From NCBI GenBank assembly GCA_965649205.1, contig CBFGJV010000005.1:41918-105917 (forward strand): 64,000 nucleotides of DNA, in the 5' to 3' direction. The notes below the pieces were generated by a model that was not told the DNA's origin, ran no database searches, and saw only the letters and a list, made by a program, of their open reading frames with translations. The position numbers and the translations under genes were made by a program. Numbering within the stretch: the stretch's first letter is position 1; every line of letters starts with the position of its first letter. The DNA is from a candidate division WOR-3 bacterium. Lineage in GTDB: Bacteria > Hydrothermota > Tepidihabitantia > Tepidihabitantales > Tepidihabitantaceae. This document shows, in pieces, positions 38,128 through 48,200 of this stretch.

Positions 38128-38637
38128 ATGACAGAGAGAAGCGTACAGTTTGGTCCCGGCCGTCTGCGTCTGGAGGGCAAGGCACTCCAGGTTGGAGACA
38201 GAGCGCCGGATGTGGTGCTGACCGGACAGGACCTAAAGCCCGTGTCCCTGTCTTCCTTCTTTGGCAAGGTGCTGGTGCTTTCCAGCGTGCCCTCGCTTGA
38301 TACTCCCACCTGCGATATGGAGACACGGCGTTTCAACGTTGAGGCGGCGAAGCTGGGTCCGGAAGTGCAGATTATTACGGTCTCCATGGACCTGCCGTTT
38401 GCGCAGAAACGCTGGTGTGGAGCTGCGGGGATTGACCGCGTGCTGGTTCTGTCGGATCACCGTGAGGCGGCCTTTGGTCTGGCATACGGGGTGCTAATAC
38501 CTGAGGTTCGTCTGCTTGCCCGTGCCGTGTTCGTAGTTGACCGGCAGGGTATCGTCCGTTACATTCAGCTGGTTGAGCAGACCGGTAACGAGCCTGACTA
38601 CGAACCTGTTTTGGCTGCGGTTCGGCAATTGCTCTGA
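38128..38637 (+). CDS. tpx: Thiol peroxidase (atypical 2-Cys peroxiredoxin)
   Basis: VPSLDTPTC, SMDLPFAQKRWC, LLARAVFV and EPDY motifs. Confidence 0.95.
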   Translation: MTERSVQFGPGRLRLEGKALQVGDRAPDVVLTGQDLKPVSLSSFFGKVLVLSSVPSLDTPTCDMETRRFNVEAAKLGPEVQIITVSMDLPFAQKRWCGAAGIDRVLVLSDHREAAFGLAYGVLIPEVRLLARAVFVVDRQGIVRYIQLVEQTGNEPDYEPVLAAVRQLL

Positions 38638-38649
38638 AAGGTGGAGGCA

Positions 38650-38838
38650 ATGTCTGAAAATAATCAGAATAAGCCCTACTGGAAATGCAGTGGTTGCGGC
38701 TATGTGCTTCAGGCCGAGGCGCCGCCGGAACCTTGTCCGTCCTGTGGGGCAAAGTGCGAGTTTGTGAATGTGACCTGCTACACGCCTGAGTGCGGTTTCA
38801 CCGGCGTGGATCCGCGGCTGGCGGGTGGCAATAAGTAA
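38650..38838 (+). CDS. Small rubredoxin-like protein with extra CxxxxC motif
   Basis: WKCSGCGY...CPSC...[16 protein letters not shown]. Confidence 0.8.
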   Translation: MSENNQNKPYWKCSGCGYVLQAEAPPEPCPSCGAKCEFVNVTCYTPECGFTGVDPRLAGGNK

Positions 38839-38854
38839 AGAAAGGAGTCATATT

Positions 38855-39235
38855 ATGGCCAAGAAACTGGAAGTGTATAAGTGTGAAGTTTGCGGGAATG
38901 TAGTTGAGGTTCTGCACGGGGGAGCCGGGTCCCTGGTCTGCTGCGGTAAACCGATGAAGCTTATGGTGGAGAATACCGTGGATGCGGCCAGAGAGAAGCA
39001 TGTCCCGGTCATAGAGAAGAAAGATGACGGATACCTGGTGAAGGTAGGAAGCGTGGCCCACCCGATGGAAGAAAAGCACTATATTCAATGGATAGAGCTG
39101 TTGGTGGATGAGCGGGTGTGCCGGGCCCACCTTGCGCCCGGCCAGGCGCCTGAGGCGATGTTCTGGGTGAAGGGCGAGAAGGTAGAAGCCAGAGAGTATT
39201 GCAATCTGCACGGGCTCTGGAAAGCGGGGTTGTGA
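38855..39235 (+). CDS. dfx: Desulfoferrodoxin (superoxide reductase)
   Basis: [25 protein letters not shown] and YCNLHGLW motifs. Confidence 0.97.
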   Translation: MAKKLEVYKCEVCGNVVEVLHGGAGSLVCCGKPMKLMVENTVDAAREKHVPVIEKKDDGYLVKVGSVAHPMEEKHYIQWIELLVDERVCRAHLAPGQAPEAMFWVKGEKVEAREYCNLHGLWKAGL

Positions 39236-39777
39236 TGGTACCAACGAAGATTGAGGATGCCTTCAACGAGCAGATAAAACACGAGCTGGAATCGGCCTAC
39301 CTCTACCTGGCCATGGCCGCCTATTTTGATTCCGAGGGTCTGGAGGGAATGGCCCGCTGGATGCGCGCTCAGACGCAGGAGGAAGTGACGCACGCTATGC
39401 GTTTCTTCAAGCATCTTCTGGAACGGGGCGGTACGGTGAAGCTTTCCGCGCTTTCTCAGCCGCAGTCTAAGTGGGATTCGCCGCTGGCGGCTTTTGAGGC
39501 TGCTTACAAGCATGAGCAGTTTATTACCAACTGCATCCACAAACTGGTGCGTCTGAGCAGGGAGGAGAGCGATTTCGCCTCGCAGACCATATTGCAGTGG
39601 TTTGTGGACGAGCAGGTGGAAGAGGAAGAAAGCACTCTACGGGTGGTGCAGCAGCTCAAGCTGGTGGGGCAGGACGGAAGAGGACTGTTGATGCTGGACC
39701 GGGAACTCGGTACCCGCACCTTTGTGCTGCCGCCAGAACTGGCAGCCTTTTACGCGCAGGCCCCAGCCGGCGCCTAG
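39235..39777 (+). CDS. ftn: Non-heme ferritin
   Basis: FNEQI..EL.SAY.YL.M, EE..HA and LQWFVDEQVEEE motifs; TGATG overlap with dfx. Confidence 0.95.
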   Translation: MVPTKIEDAFNEQIKHELESAYLYLAMAAYFDSEGLEGMARWMRAQTQEEVTHAMRFFKHLLERGGTVKLSALSQPQSKWDSPLAAFEAAYKHEQFITNCIHKLVRLSREESDFASQTILQWFVDEQVEEEESTLRVVQQLKLVGQDGRGLLMLDRELGTRTFVLPPELAAFYAQAPAGA

Positions 39778-39829
39778 GGAAGGTTTATCTGCGTCGAGAG
39801 TTTGGAACTGCCCCAACGGAGGACAGCTG

Positions 39830-41032
39830 ATGGGTGGAAATACGTTCAGTGCGGTGCGGGTGTCGGAGCATGTTTACTGGGTCGGAGCAGTAGACTGGGG
39901 ACTGCGTGATTTTCATGGCTATTCAACTCATCGCGGCTCCACCTACAACGCCTATCTGATTCTGGCAGACAAGGTAACGCTGGTGGATACAGTGAAGCGG
40001 GGCTTTGCCGACGAACTGCTGGCGCGCATAGCTTCGGTCATAGACCCGGCACGGATTGACTACATTATCTCCAATCATGCGGAGATGGACCATTCCGGTT
40101 CACTGCCGGAGATAATCCAGGCGGTGCAGCCGGAGAAGGTCTTTGCCTCGGCTATGGGCGTGAAGGCTCTGGCCGCGCATAATCTGACGCAGCAGGTCGA
40201 GGCGGTCGGGAACGGCAGCAGTCTCAGTCTGGGCAATCTTACCCTGCGGTTTTGGGAGACCAGGATGCTGCACTGGCCGGACAGCATGGTGTCTTATCTG
40301 GTAGAAGACCAGGTGCTGTTTTCGCAGGACGGATTCGGAATGCATCTGGCTTCAAGCGAGCGGTTTGCCGACGAGGTTGACCCCTGGATTCTGCGTTACG
40401 AAGCGGCCAAGTACTATGCGAATATACTGCTGCCCTATTCGCCGCTGGTGACCAAGTTGCTGGCAACGATAAAGGAGCTGGGTATTCCCATCGCCTGCAT
40501 TGCCCCGGACCACGGCCCAATCTGGAGAAAGGGGCTAGATGTCCTGGAGTGGTGGCGGGAATGGGCGGAGCAGAGGCCCACGAAGAAGGCGGTTATAGCT
40601 TATGACACCATGTGGAAGTCAACCGAACTGATGGCGCGGGCGATAGCGGAAGGTCTGGTAGAAACTGGTGCCACGGTAAAGCTGGCGGGTATGCACGGTT
40701 CCACCCGCAGCGATGTGGCAACAGAATTGCTGGAAGCGGGCGCATTTCTGGTTGGTTCGCCGACTATTAACAACAACATGTTCCCCACTGTTGCCGATCT
40801 CTTGTGCTATATTCGCGGTCTGAAGCCCAAGAATCTGGTAGGTCAGGCATTTGGTTCCTATGGCTGGTCGGGCGAAGGAGTCAAGCAGGTGCGGGAAGAG
40901 CTGGTCAGAATGGGCGTGGAGCTGGTGGGTGAGCCTGTGGCGGTTAATTATGTTCCGAATCAGTCTGCTCTGCAGGCGTGCCGGGAACTGGGTCGCGCGG
41001 TGGGCAGAAGAATGCAGGAGAGGTTATCTTGA
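39830..41032 (+). CDS. fprA: Flavodiiron protein (O2/NO reductase)
   Basis: [20 protein letters not shown] and PDHG motifs; flavodoxin domain YDTMW.ST, GSPT, FGSYGW.GE. Confidence 0.96.
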   Translation: MGGNTFSAVRVSEHVYWVGAVDWGLRDFHGYSTHRGSTYNAYLILADKVTLVDTVKRGFADELLARIASVIDPARIDYIISNHAEMDHSGSLPEIIQAVQPEKVFASAMGVKALAAHNLTQQVEAVGNGSSLSLGNLTLRFWETRMLHWPDSMVSYLVEDQVLFSQDGFGMHLASSERFADEVDPWILRYEAAKYYANILLPYSPLVTKLLATIKELGIPIACIAPDHGPIWRKGLDVLEWWREWAEQRPTKKAVIAYDTMWKSTELMARAIAEGLVETGATVKLAGMHGSTRSDVATELLEAGAFLVGSPTINNNMFPTVADLLCYIRGLKPKNLVGQAFGSYGWSGEGVKQVREELVRMGVELVGEPVAVNYVPNQSALQACRELGRAVGRRMQERLS

Positions 41033-41766
41033 ATCAGGATAACTGCCCTACCGGTCTCGACCTTGCCGCCTTGAACTATCTCACCTATGGACTGTATGTG
41101 GTGACCGCGCGCGAGGAAGAACGGCGCAATGGCTGCATCATCAATACCGCGGTGCAAGTGGCGCTTGACCCCTGCACCGTCACCATCAGTCTGAGCAAGA
41201 AGAATCTGACCACAGAGATGATTGAACGCAGCGGCCGGTTCGCTTTTCAGGTCTTGGAGAAGCAGACGCCGCTGCCGTTCATCGGCATATTCGGTTTCCG
41301 CACCGGAAAGGAATTTGACAAGTTCAGCAAGATGCGCTTCCGCGACGGAGCCAACGGCTGTCCAGTTGTTCTGGAGCATACGTTGGTATCGGTGGAAGCA
41401 GAGGTGAAACAGGTGGTTGATTGCGGAAGTCATGTGCTCTTTGTGGCCAGAGTGACGGCGAGTGAGGTGTTGCAGAGCGGAGAGCCTCTTACCTATGCCT
41501 ATTACCACGAGGTAAAGGGAGGTAAGACCGGCCGCAACGCTCCTACCTACGGCATAGGAGAAAAGAAGAAAGCAGAGAAGGAAGTTCCAGAGAGGAAGAA
41601 AACAATGAAGAAGTACGTCTGTACAGTATGCGGATACGTGTATGACCCGGAAGCAGGCGACCCGGATAACGGCGTGAGACCGGGTACGGCGTTTGAAGAC
41701 CTGCCGGATGACTGGGTCTGCCCGGTCTGCGGTGCGGCTAAGGAAGAGTTCGAACCGCAGGAATAG
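41029..41766 (+). CDS. Flavin reductase-rubredoxin fusion (high-molecular-weight rubredoxin, Hrb-like)
   Basis: YGLYVVT..NGCIINT, FGF..G...DKF and LTYAYYH..KGG; C-terminal [12 protein letters not shown]...F..LPDDW.CPVC. Confidence 0.92.
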   Translation: MNQDNCPTGLDLAALNYLTYGLYVVTAREEERRNGCIINTAVQVALDPCTVTISLSKKNLTTEMIERSGRFAFQVLEKQTPLPFIGIFGFRTGKEFDKFSKMRFRDGANGCPVVLEHTLVSVEAEVKQVVDCGSHVLFVARVTASEVLQSGEPLTYAYYHEVKGGKTGRNAPTYGIGEKKKAEKEVPERKKTMKKYVCTVCGYVYDPEAGDPDNGVRPGTAFEDLPDDWVCPVCGAAKEEFEPQE

Positions 41767-41810
41767 ACTGCGGGCCTTGTCCGGTAAATGATTTCAGTCG
41801 GGATTGCCGG

Positions 41811-43064
41811 CTACTCGGCTTTGCGTCGGGCAGCGGCGCTGCGGATGTACTGGGGCGGTGTGCCTTCTGTGATGACTTTAGGGGTGATGATGCATTCTAC
41901 CACATCTTGCAGAGACGGCAGTTCGAACATGATGTTCAGCATGGCTTTTTCCAGAACAGAACGCAGTCCCCGGGCCCCGGTCTTGCGTTTCAGAGCCAGG
42001 TCGGCCACAGTGTTTAGGGCTTCTGGGGTCAGTGTGAGTTTTACGCCCTCCATCTCAAAGTAGTATGCGTACTGTTTGAGCAGGGCATTGCGGGGTTTGG
42101 TGAGTATGTCAATTAGGGCCTGCCGGTCCAGACTATGCAGAGTGGCGATGACCGGCAGTCGCCCTACCAGTTCCGGAATCAGGCCGTACTGAATTAGATC
42201 GTCCGGTTCCACCAGCGTAAGCAGTTCGTCCGTACTGCGCCGGCCGGAAGGAACCACATCATGGCCAAAGCCCATGGCTCCGGAACGCACCCGGCGCTCC
42301 ACGATTTTATCCAGCCCGATGAAGGCGCCGCCGCAGATGAACAAAATGTGGCGAGTGTTCACCTGGATAAACTGCTGTTCGGGATGTTTCCGTCCTCCCT
42401 GGGGAGGAACGTTGGCAATGGTACCTTCCAGGATTTTGAGCAGGGCCTGTTGTACTCCTTCGCCTGATACATCGCGGGTGATGGAAGGCGAATCTGACTT
42501 GCGGGCAATCTTGTCAATCTCGTCCAAGTAAACTATGCCGATTTCTGCCATTTCTATGTTCATGTCCGCAGCTTGAAGCAAGCGGAGAAGGATGTTTTCC
42601 ACATCCTCGCCTACATAGCCGGCTTCCGTGAGCGGAGTGGCGTCGGAGATGGAAAAGGGCACTTTCAGAAACCTGGCCAGGGTTTCAGCAAGGAGCGTCT
42701 TGCCCACGCCGGTGGGCCCGATGAGCAGGATATTAGCCTTTTCCAGGTCAGGGCGGTGATCACGGGAGAAGATGCGCTTGTAGTGATTGTAAACCGCCAC
42801 GGATATGACCCGCTTGGCCAGGTCCTGTCCGATGACATACTGGTCCAGATGGGCTTTGATAGCCGCGGGCGTGGGAAGCGAACGACCGAGACGCAGACTG
42901 CGGTCTTTTGCCTGGTCGTCGAACAATCCTACAACCGTGCGGGCGCACGCTTCGCAGATATGAGAACGACGTCCAGCTACTAGTTGATTACCCGGCGCCG
43001 GAGTCTTGCCACAGAATCCGCAACGGGGCGGTCTGGTTCTGGTGCCGGTCTTTTTGCTGCTCAC
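41811..43064 (-). CDS. clpX: ATP-dependent Clp protease ATPase subunit
   Basis: C4 zinc finger, [26 protein letters not shown] and [14 protein letters not shown] motifs. Confidence 0.98.
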   Translation of the reverse strand: MSSKKTGTRTRPPRCGFCGKTPAPGNQLVAGRRSHICEACARTVVGLFDDQAKDRSLRLGRSLPTPAAIKAHLDQYVIGQDLAKRVISVAVYNHYKRIFSRDHRPDLEKANILLIGPTGVGKTLLAETLARFLKVPFSISDATPLTEAGYVGEDVENILLRLLQAADMNIEMAEIGIVYLDEIDKIARKSDSPSITRDVSGEGVQQALLKILEGTIANVPPQGGRKHPEQQFIQVNTRHILFICGGAFIGLDKIVERRVRSGAMGFGHDVVPSGRRSTDELLTLVEPDDLIQYGLIPELVGRLPVIATLHSLDRQALIDILTKPRNALLKQYAYYFEMEGVKLTLTPEALNTVADLALKRKTGARGLRSVLEKAMLNIMFELPSLQDVVECIITPKVITEGTPPQYIRSAAARRKAE

Positions 43065-43645
43065 GGGCGTTTGAAAATAACCTCGTCCACGATGCCGTAT
43101 TCTTTGGCTTCGGTGGCGGACATGAAGAAATTGCGGTCGGAGTCCCGTTCTATCCTCTCTACCGGCTGGCCGGTGTGCAGGGAAAGTATTTCGTTCAACT
43201 GCTTTTTCAGTTTGACTATTTCTCGGGCGTGAATGTCAATATCCGTGGCTTGACCGGAGATTCCGTAAGCCGAAGGTTGATGAATCATTACTCGGGACCG
43301 GGGAAGGCAGAAGCGTCGGCCTTTTTCTCCGGCAGCCAGAAGCAGAGCAGCGATGGAAGCGGCCATGCCTACACAGGTGGTAGCTACCTTGGACTTGATA
43401 TATTGCATCGTGTCGTATATGGCCAGGCCGGCAGATACTACGCCACCCGGAGAGTTTATGTAAAGGTTTATTTCCTTTTCCGAATCCTCTGCCTCCAGAA
43501 ACAGCAGTTGAGCTACTACCAGGTTGGCCACGTTGTCATCGATGGGCGAGCCGAGAAAGATGATTCTTTCCTTCAGAAGTCGAGAATAGATATCGTAGGC
43601 GCGCTCTCCCCGGTCAGTCTGTTCAATGACTATGGGTACTAACAC
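43061..43645 (-). CDS. clpP: Clp protease proteolytic subunit
   Basis: [24 protein letters not shown] and DRNFFM motifs; GTG start after SD. Confidence 0.98.
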   Translation of the reverse strand: MLVPIVIEQTDRGERAYDIYSRLLKERIIFLGSPIDDNVANLVVAQLLFLEAEDSEKEINLYINSPGGVVSAGLAIYDTMQYIKSKVATTCVGMAASIAALLLAAGEKGRRFCLPRSRVMIHQPSAYGISGQATDIDIHAREIVKLKKQLNEILSLHTGQPVERIERDSDRNFFMSATEAKEYGIVDEVIFKRP

Positions 43646-43661
43646 AGGGCCCTCCTGTTCT

Positions 43662-44876
43662 TCAGCTAACATCGGCTTTCTCCAGTATAAAATCCATTAT
43701 CTTTTCCCGCAGAACCTGATTTCTGAATACCGGGTTATCCAGAAGCGGTTCCAGTTCGGTCACGGGTCGGTTGGCTTTTTGGGCCAGGTCCTCAATTCGC
43801 GACCTGATTTCCTCTTCGTTCACTTCTATTTTTTCCAGTTCGGCGATACGGGCGGCTATTATATCAAACTTGGCCCGCCTTGTCGCTATGACACGGAGTT
43901 TGGCTGCGGTTTCTTCGTCGTCGGGAAGTTCGTACTCGCGGGCCAGTTGTTCCAGCGTGGCCCTGACCCAGCTTTCCGGCGGTTCGAAATCGTGTTCGCG
44001 GACCAGAAGGTCGAATATCTGGTCCTTGAGGTTATTGGCTACCAGCCTGGCTCGGTCCTGCATTATCTGCTCGTTCAATTCCTGCCGGAGGGCGTCCAGG
44101 CTTTCGTAACCCAGGTCATAGGCAAATTGCTCGTCTATCTCAGGAAGATGTTTTTCCTTGACTTCTCTAATCTTGAACTTGAAGGTCAGTTTCTTTCCTG
44201 CCAGGTTCTTGTCCGGATGGTCAGGGGGAAATTCAACCGTAGCTTCTCGCTCGTCGCCCGGTCGTACCCCCTGCAGGATGCTGTTTATCTCGGTTAGGTT
44301 TGCCTGATTGCCTACTTGTAACATCACGTTCGTGCGAGCCGGGCCTGCTGGTTTATCTCCGTCAAAAATCTGGTAGTCGCAGGAAACAAAATCCTGTTCC
44401 TGAGCTGGTCGGGATACAGGAGTGAAGGTGGCGCATTGCTCCTGCAGGGCCTTCAGTCTGCGTTCAAACTCGGCTTCAAAGCCGGTGGGCTCTTCTCGTT
44501 TCAGCTTCAGACCGCGGCAGTCCTTCAGCTGGAAATCCGGGAATACCTCCGCGTGTATGGTGAATCTTACGGTCTTGTCGGGGAGCACTTCCAGGTCGTG
44601 TATGCGGGCGCGGGCCGCAAGTCTGAGCTTATGCTGTTCCAGTACTTCGGAGGTAGTCTGTTCCACAATCTCTTCGACTGCCACAGCTTCCAGACTGGAG
44701 CCAAGACGTTTCTCTAGCACGTGTCGAGGTGCTTTGCCCGGACGGAAGCCGGGGATGAGGGCCTTGCTGCCGTACTTCTGATACAGTTCTTCCAATTTGG
44801 ACCGGAGTCGGTCCGATTCAACCTCTACCTTTATTTCGCGCAACCAATCTTTGGGCGCCTGGATGCTTATTTCCAA
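43662..44876 (-). CDS. tig: Trigger factor
   Basis: [10 protein letters not shown] ribosome-binding motif; FKBP domain; tig-clpP-clpX synteny. Confidence 0.95.
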   Translation of the reverse strand: MEISIQAPKDWLREIKVEVESDRLRSKLEELYQKYGSKALIPGFRPGKAPRHVLEKRLGSSLEAVAVEEIVEQTTSEVLEQHKLRLAARARIHDLEVLPDKTVRFTIHAEVFPDFQLKDCRGLKLKREEPTGFEAEFERRLKALQEQCATFTPVSRPAQEQDFVSCDYQIFDGDKPAGPARTNVMLQVGNQANLTEINSILQGVRPGDEREATVEFPPDHPDKNLAGKKLTFKFKIREVKEKHLPEIDEQFAYDLGYESLDALRQELNEQIMQDRARLVANNLKDQIFDLLVREHDFEPPESWVRATLEQLAREYELPDDEETAAKLRVIATRRAKFDIIAARIAELEKIEVNEEEIRSRIEDLAQKANRPVTELEPLLDNPVFRNQVLREKIMDFILEKADVS

Positions 44877-44957
44877 ACTGATACTCCTTATTCGCCAGAG
44901 TGTTACTTTTTGTCCCTGGGTAAGACCAGAGAGGGCTTACGGTCGGGCCGCAGGCCA

Positions 44958-45039
44958 TGCGAGGAGGGGGAGTTGAACCCCCACCCTTCACAGGACTGGA
45001 TCCTAAGTCCAGCGCGTCTGCCAGTTCCGCCATCCTCGC
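44958..45039 (-). tRNA. tRNA-Leu(TAG), CCA not encoded
   Basis: GCGAGGATGGCGGAACTGGCAGACGCGCTGGACTTAGGATCCAG...GGGGGTTCAACTCCCCCTCCTCGCA cloverleaf with long variable arm; promoter TTGACT-17-TATACT at 45050-45078. Confidence 0.97.
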
Positions 45040-45265
45040 AACGGCGTTGAGTATAGGAGGTGGCAGAACAAAAGTCAAGGGAGTGCTGATTCTGAACTTA
45101 CGGTGGGGCCTCGGTTAATTGTCAGTCAGGTTGTTCACAAAAGCTTGACTTTTTATCCCTGTTTGGTATCTACAGTTAGGCACAATCAGTGGATACGATT
45201 ATGCCCAGTTTCGCAGAAGTTTTCAGTATCCGTCCGGCAGAAATTCCATACATAGGAGGTAACTA

Positions 45266-48200
45266 ATGCAGAAAAGAACTGTCGTGCTGCTCGTAGCCCT
45301 AAGTATCGCCTTGCTTCTACCTGTTCAGGCTAGAGAGCGTCGCGGCTTAGGCTTTGGTTTGGATGCGGGACGTAGGCCCACAGGCAAGGTGTATGGTCTG
45401 AGTGTTCCGGAAGTCACTCCCGGTAACACAGATGAAGTTATCTGGGAGCCCGAAGTCAGGTTATCGTTCAACACCGCGCATGACCAGACAGATTCGTCCA
45501 ATCAATATAATGTAGCCGTGGACCGCTCTGGTCGGGTGCATGTGGTATGGACCAATCTCACCAACTATCGCACGATTTACAAGCGCTTTACACCCGGGAG
45601 CGGCTGGGGCGACAGCGTGATGCTGGGCACAGACATTCCAGGTACGCATTATGACCGTTATCCTTCGCTTTGTCTGGATGATTCTGGCCGTCTGCACGTA
45701 GTCTGGGTGACCGGGCCAAACACCAGTGCGAATGCGGCGGTGTACTACCAGATGTGGCACCCTGCGACCGGTTGGAATCCTGCCAGTCGGATGATTTCTG
45801 ATGACTCGGTGGCCAAGCCCAAGACTAGCCCGCACATAGCCTGCACCCCGGATGGCCGGGTGCATGTGGTATGGTGCGAAAGAACCTCAACCACCAAGTA
45901 CGCCTACTATGTGGCATACAGAGAAAAGGTGGACACGACCTGGCAGCCGCAGTTCAATCTGGATTTTGCCGACTACGAAAGAATATCAGCGTGCATCGCG
46001 GGCGGCCCTGATAACCGGGTGCATGTTGCCTGGCGGGGCAGCGACCAGGCTAACCCGACTTATTCCCAGATATTCTATAAGGAAAAGACTGCGGCCGGTT
46101 GGCAGCCGCTGGTGCGCATTACCAACGGTTTGACTACCCATCAGACGCAGCCTTCCATATGTGTGAATCCAGTTACCCGGCAGCCGCACATAGTTTGGCG
46201 CAGTCTGGTTACCACTAACGGTCGCATCTGTCATACCTATCGTGTTGGAGGTGTCTGGCAGCCGACCGATACGGTTTCGGAACGGACGCTGAATACGGCG
46301 CAGGCCGACCCGCAGGTGGTTGCGGCTCCGGACGGGCGGGTGTATGTGGTTTGGTCTGGTTTTTCTGTGGCCTCGCCCAGTTACCAGCAGATACGTTCCT
46401 GCGAGCGCACGCCGGAAGGTGTCTGGCGCGCACCGCGGGACATTACCACTGGTGCCTATGCCAAATTTGCGCCGAGTCTGGCACTGGATACGCTGGACGG
46501 GCTCTATCTGTATCTGGTATGGCGCGACATGCGCAACGGCAGCACGAACAGCGACATTTACTACCGGTTCGGCTTTGACCCGGCCAAAGACGTAGCAGTT
46601 CTGTCCGTTGTTTCTCCGACGCCCATCTATATGCGGGGCACAGCGGCGGTGGTTCCGCAGGCCTGGGTCAAGAACTTCGGGACTGCCAATCTGGATTCGT
46701 TCCCGGTGGTTATGAAGCTGGGAGACGGGTACACAGACAGATTTGTGGTGCGTAATCTCATTTCCGGGGAAAGTACTCTGGTGAGCTTCGCTCCTTGGCA
46801 GCCCACGGGCGGGGTCTATCCGATGAAATGTTCTACGCTTCTGAATGGAGACAGGGTAAATGCCAATGACTTCCGTACGGGACTCATACTGGTAGCCGAC
46901 TTCATTGAGCAGTTTGAGGCTGATAACGGCCGGTACGAACCCACCCCGCCAACCGGTGCTTGGGCTTGGGGCGTTCCTTCCTCTCCGCGTCCGCCGGCCC
47001 TTTCCGGAACCAGGGTGTGGGGCGCACCGCTTTCTGGCAATTACGTGGACAATGCTGACTGGAGACTGGTTTCGGTTCCGTATGTGGCTTATGTGGACAC
47101 GCCGGTAGTGTCCTTCTGGCATTGGTACAATTTCGAGCTGGGTTATGACGGAGGTAATCTGTCTTACTCCACCGACAACGGCGCAACTTGGAACGTGGTG
47201 CATCCTTGGACCAAGTACTCTGCGCCGTATTACAGCGGGACGGTGCGCGGACTGGGCTACGAATATGGCTATTCGGGAAGCACCACAGGATGGGAACGGG
47301 CTTACTTCCGAATTCCGGTTGATTCCGGGACGGTGGTGCGGTTGCGTTGGCGTCTGGGGTCGGACATCTCCAATACCAGCCCGGGCTGGATCATAGAAGA
47401 CGTGACGCTTCTGGGACTGGCCAAGCCAGACGTAGGCGTAGTGTCCCTTGTTGTGCCAACCGGCACGCTGGTGCGGGATACGCTGATTCCCAGGGCTTGG
47501 GTGAGAAACTTTGGTTCGGCTCTGACCCTGCCGAACAGTTTTACGGTTTCTCTTGTGGTTCCGCCGGACACCTATGTTTCCACAGTGCCGGTAGGTCCTC
47601 TGGCCATGTCTGAGAGTGTGCTGGTGAGTTTTGCCAAGTGGATACCTCCGCGGGTTGGTTTCTATATGGCCAAGTGTTCCACCAGGCTGCAGGGAGACAT
47701 TTTGCCCGCGAACAACTCGATAACGGCAGAAGCGGCAATAGTAAACTTTATTGAGAGCTTCACTGCTTCCAACGGCAGTTATGTGCCGACGCCCACAACC
47801 GGAGCCTGGGCTTGGGGTGTGCCGGCCGCGCCGCGTAAGCCGGCTCGTTCTCTGCCCAATGCCTGGGGGGCGACGCTTACCGGCAGTTATGGCAACAGTG
47901 TCAACTGGAGATTGGTATCTGTACCGTATGCGGCTTTGGCTGACACACCGGCTATTTCGTTCTGGCACTGGCGTAACTTCTACGACGCCAATGACGGCGG
48001 TAACGTGGCTTATTCCACGGATAACGGGGCTACTTGGACAGTGCTTATGCCCTGGCCGGGACGTTCTGCTCCTTACTACTCCGCCCCTATCCCTGGATTG
48101 GGTAACGAACGCGGTTACACGCTGGTGGATACCAACTGGACCCAGGCTTGGTTCCAGATTCCGGTCACAGCCGGCACCGCCTTCTGGCTGCGTTGGCGGT

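Noticed and set aside
44958..45039. tRNA-Leu as an integration site
   Set aside because: No integrase or duplicated tRNA 3' end seen; the context is the usual tRNA-tig-clpPX.
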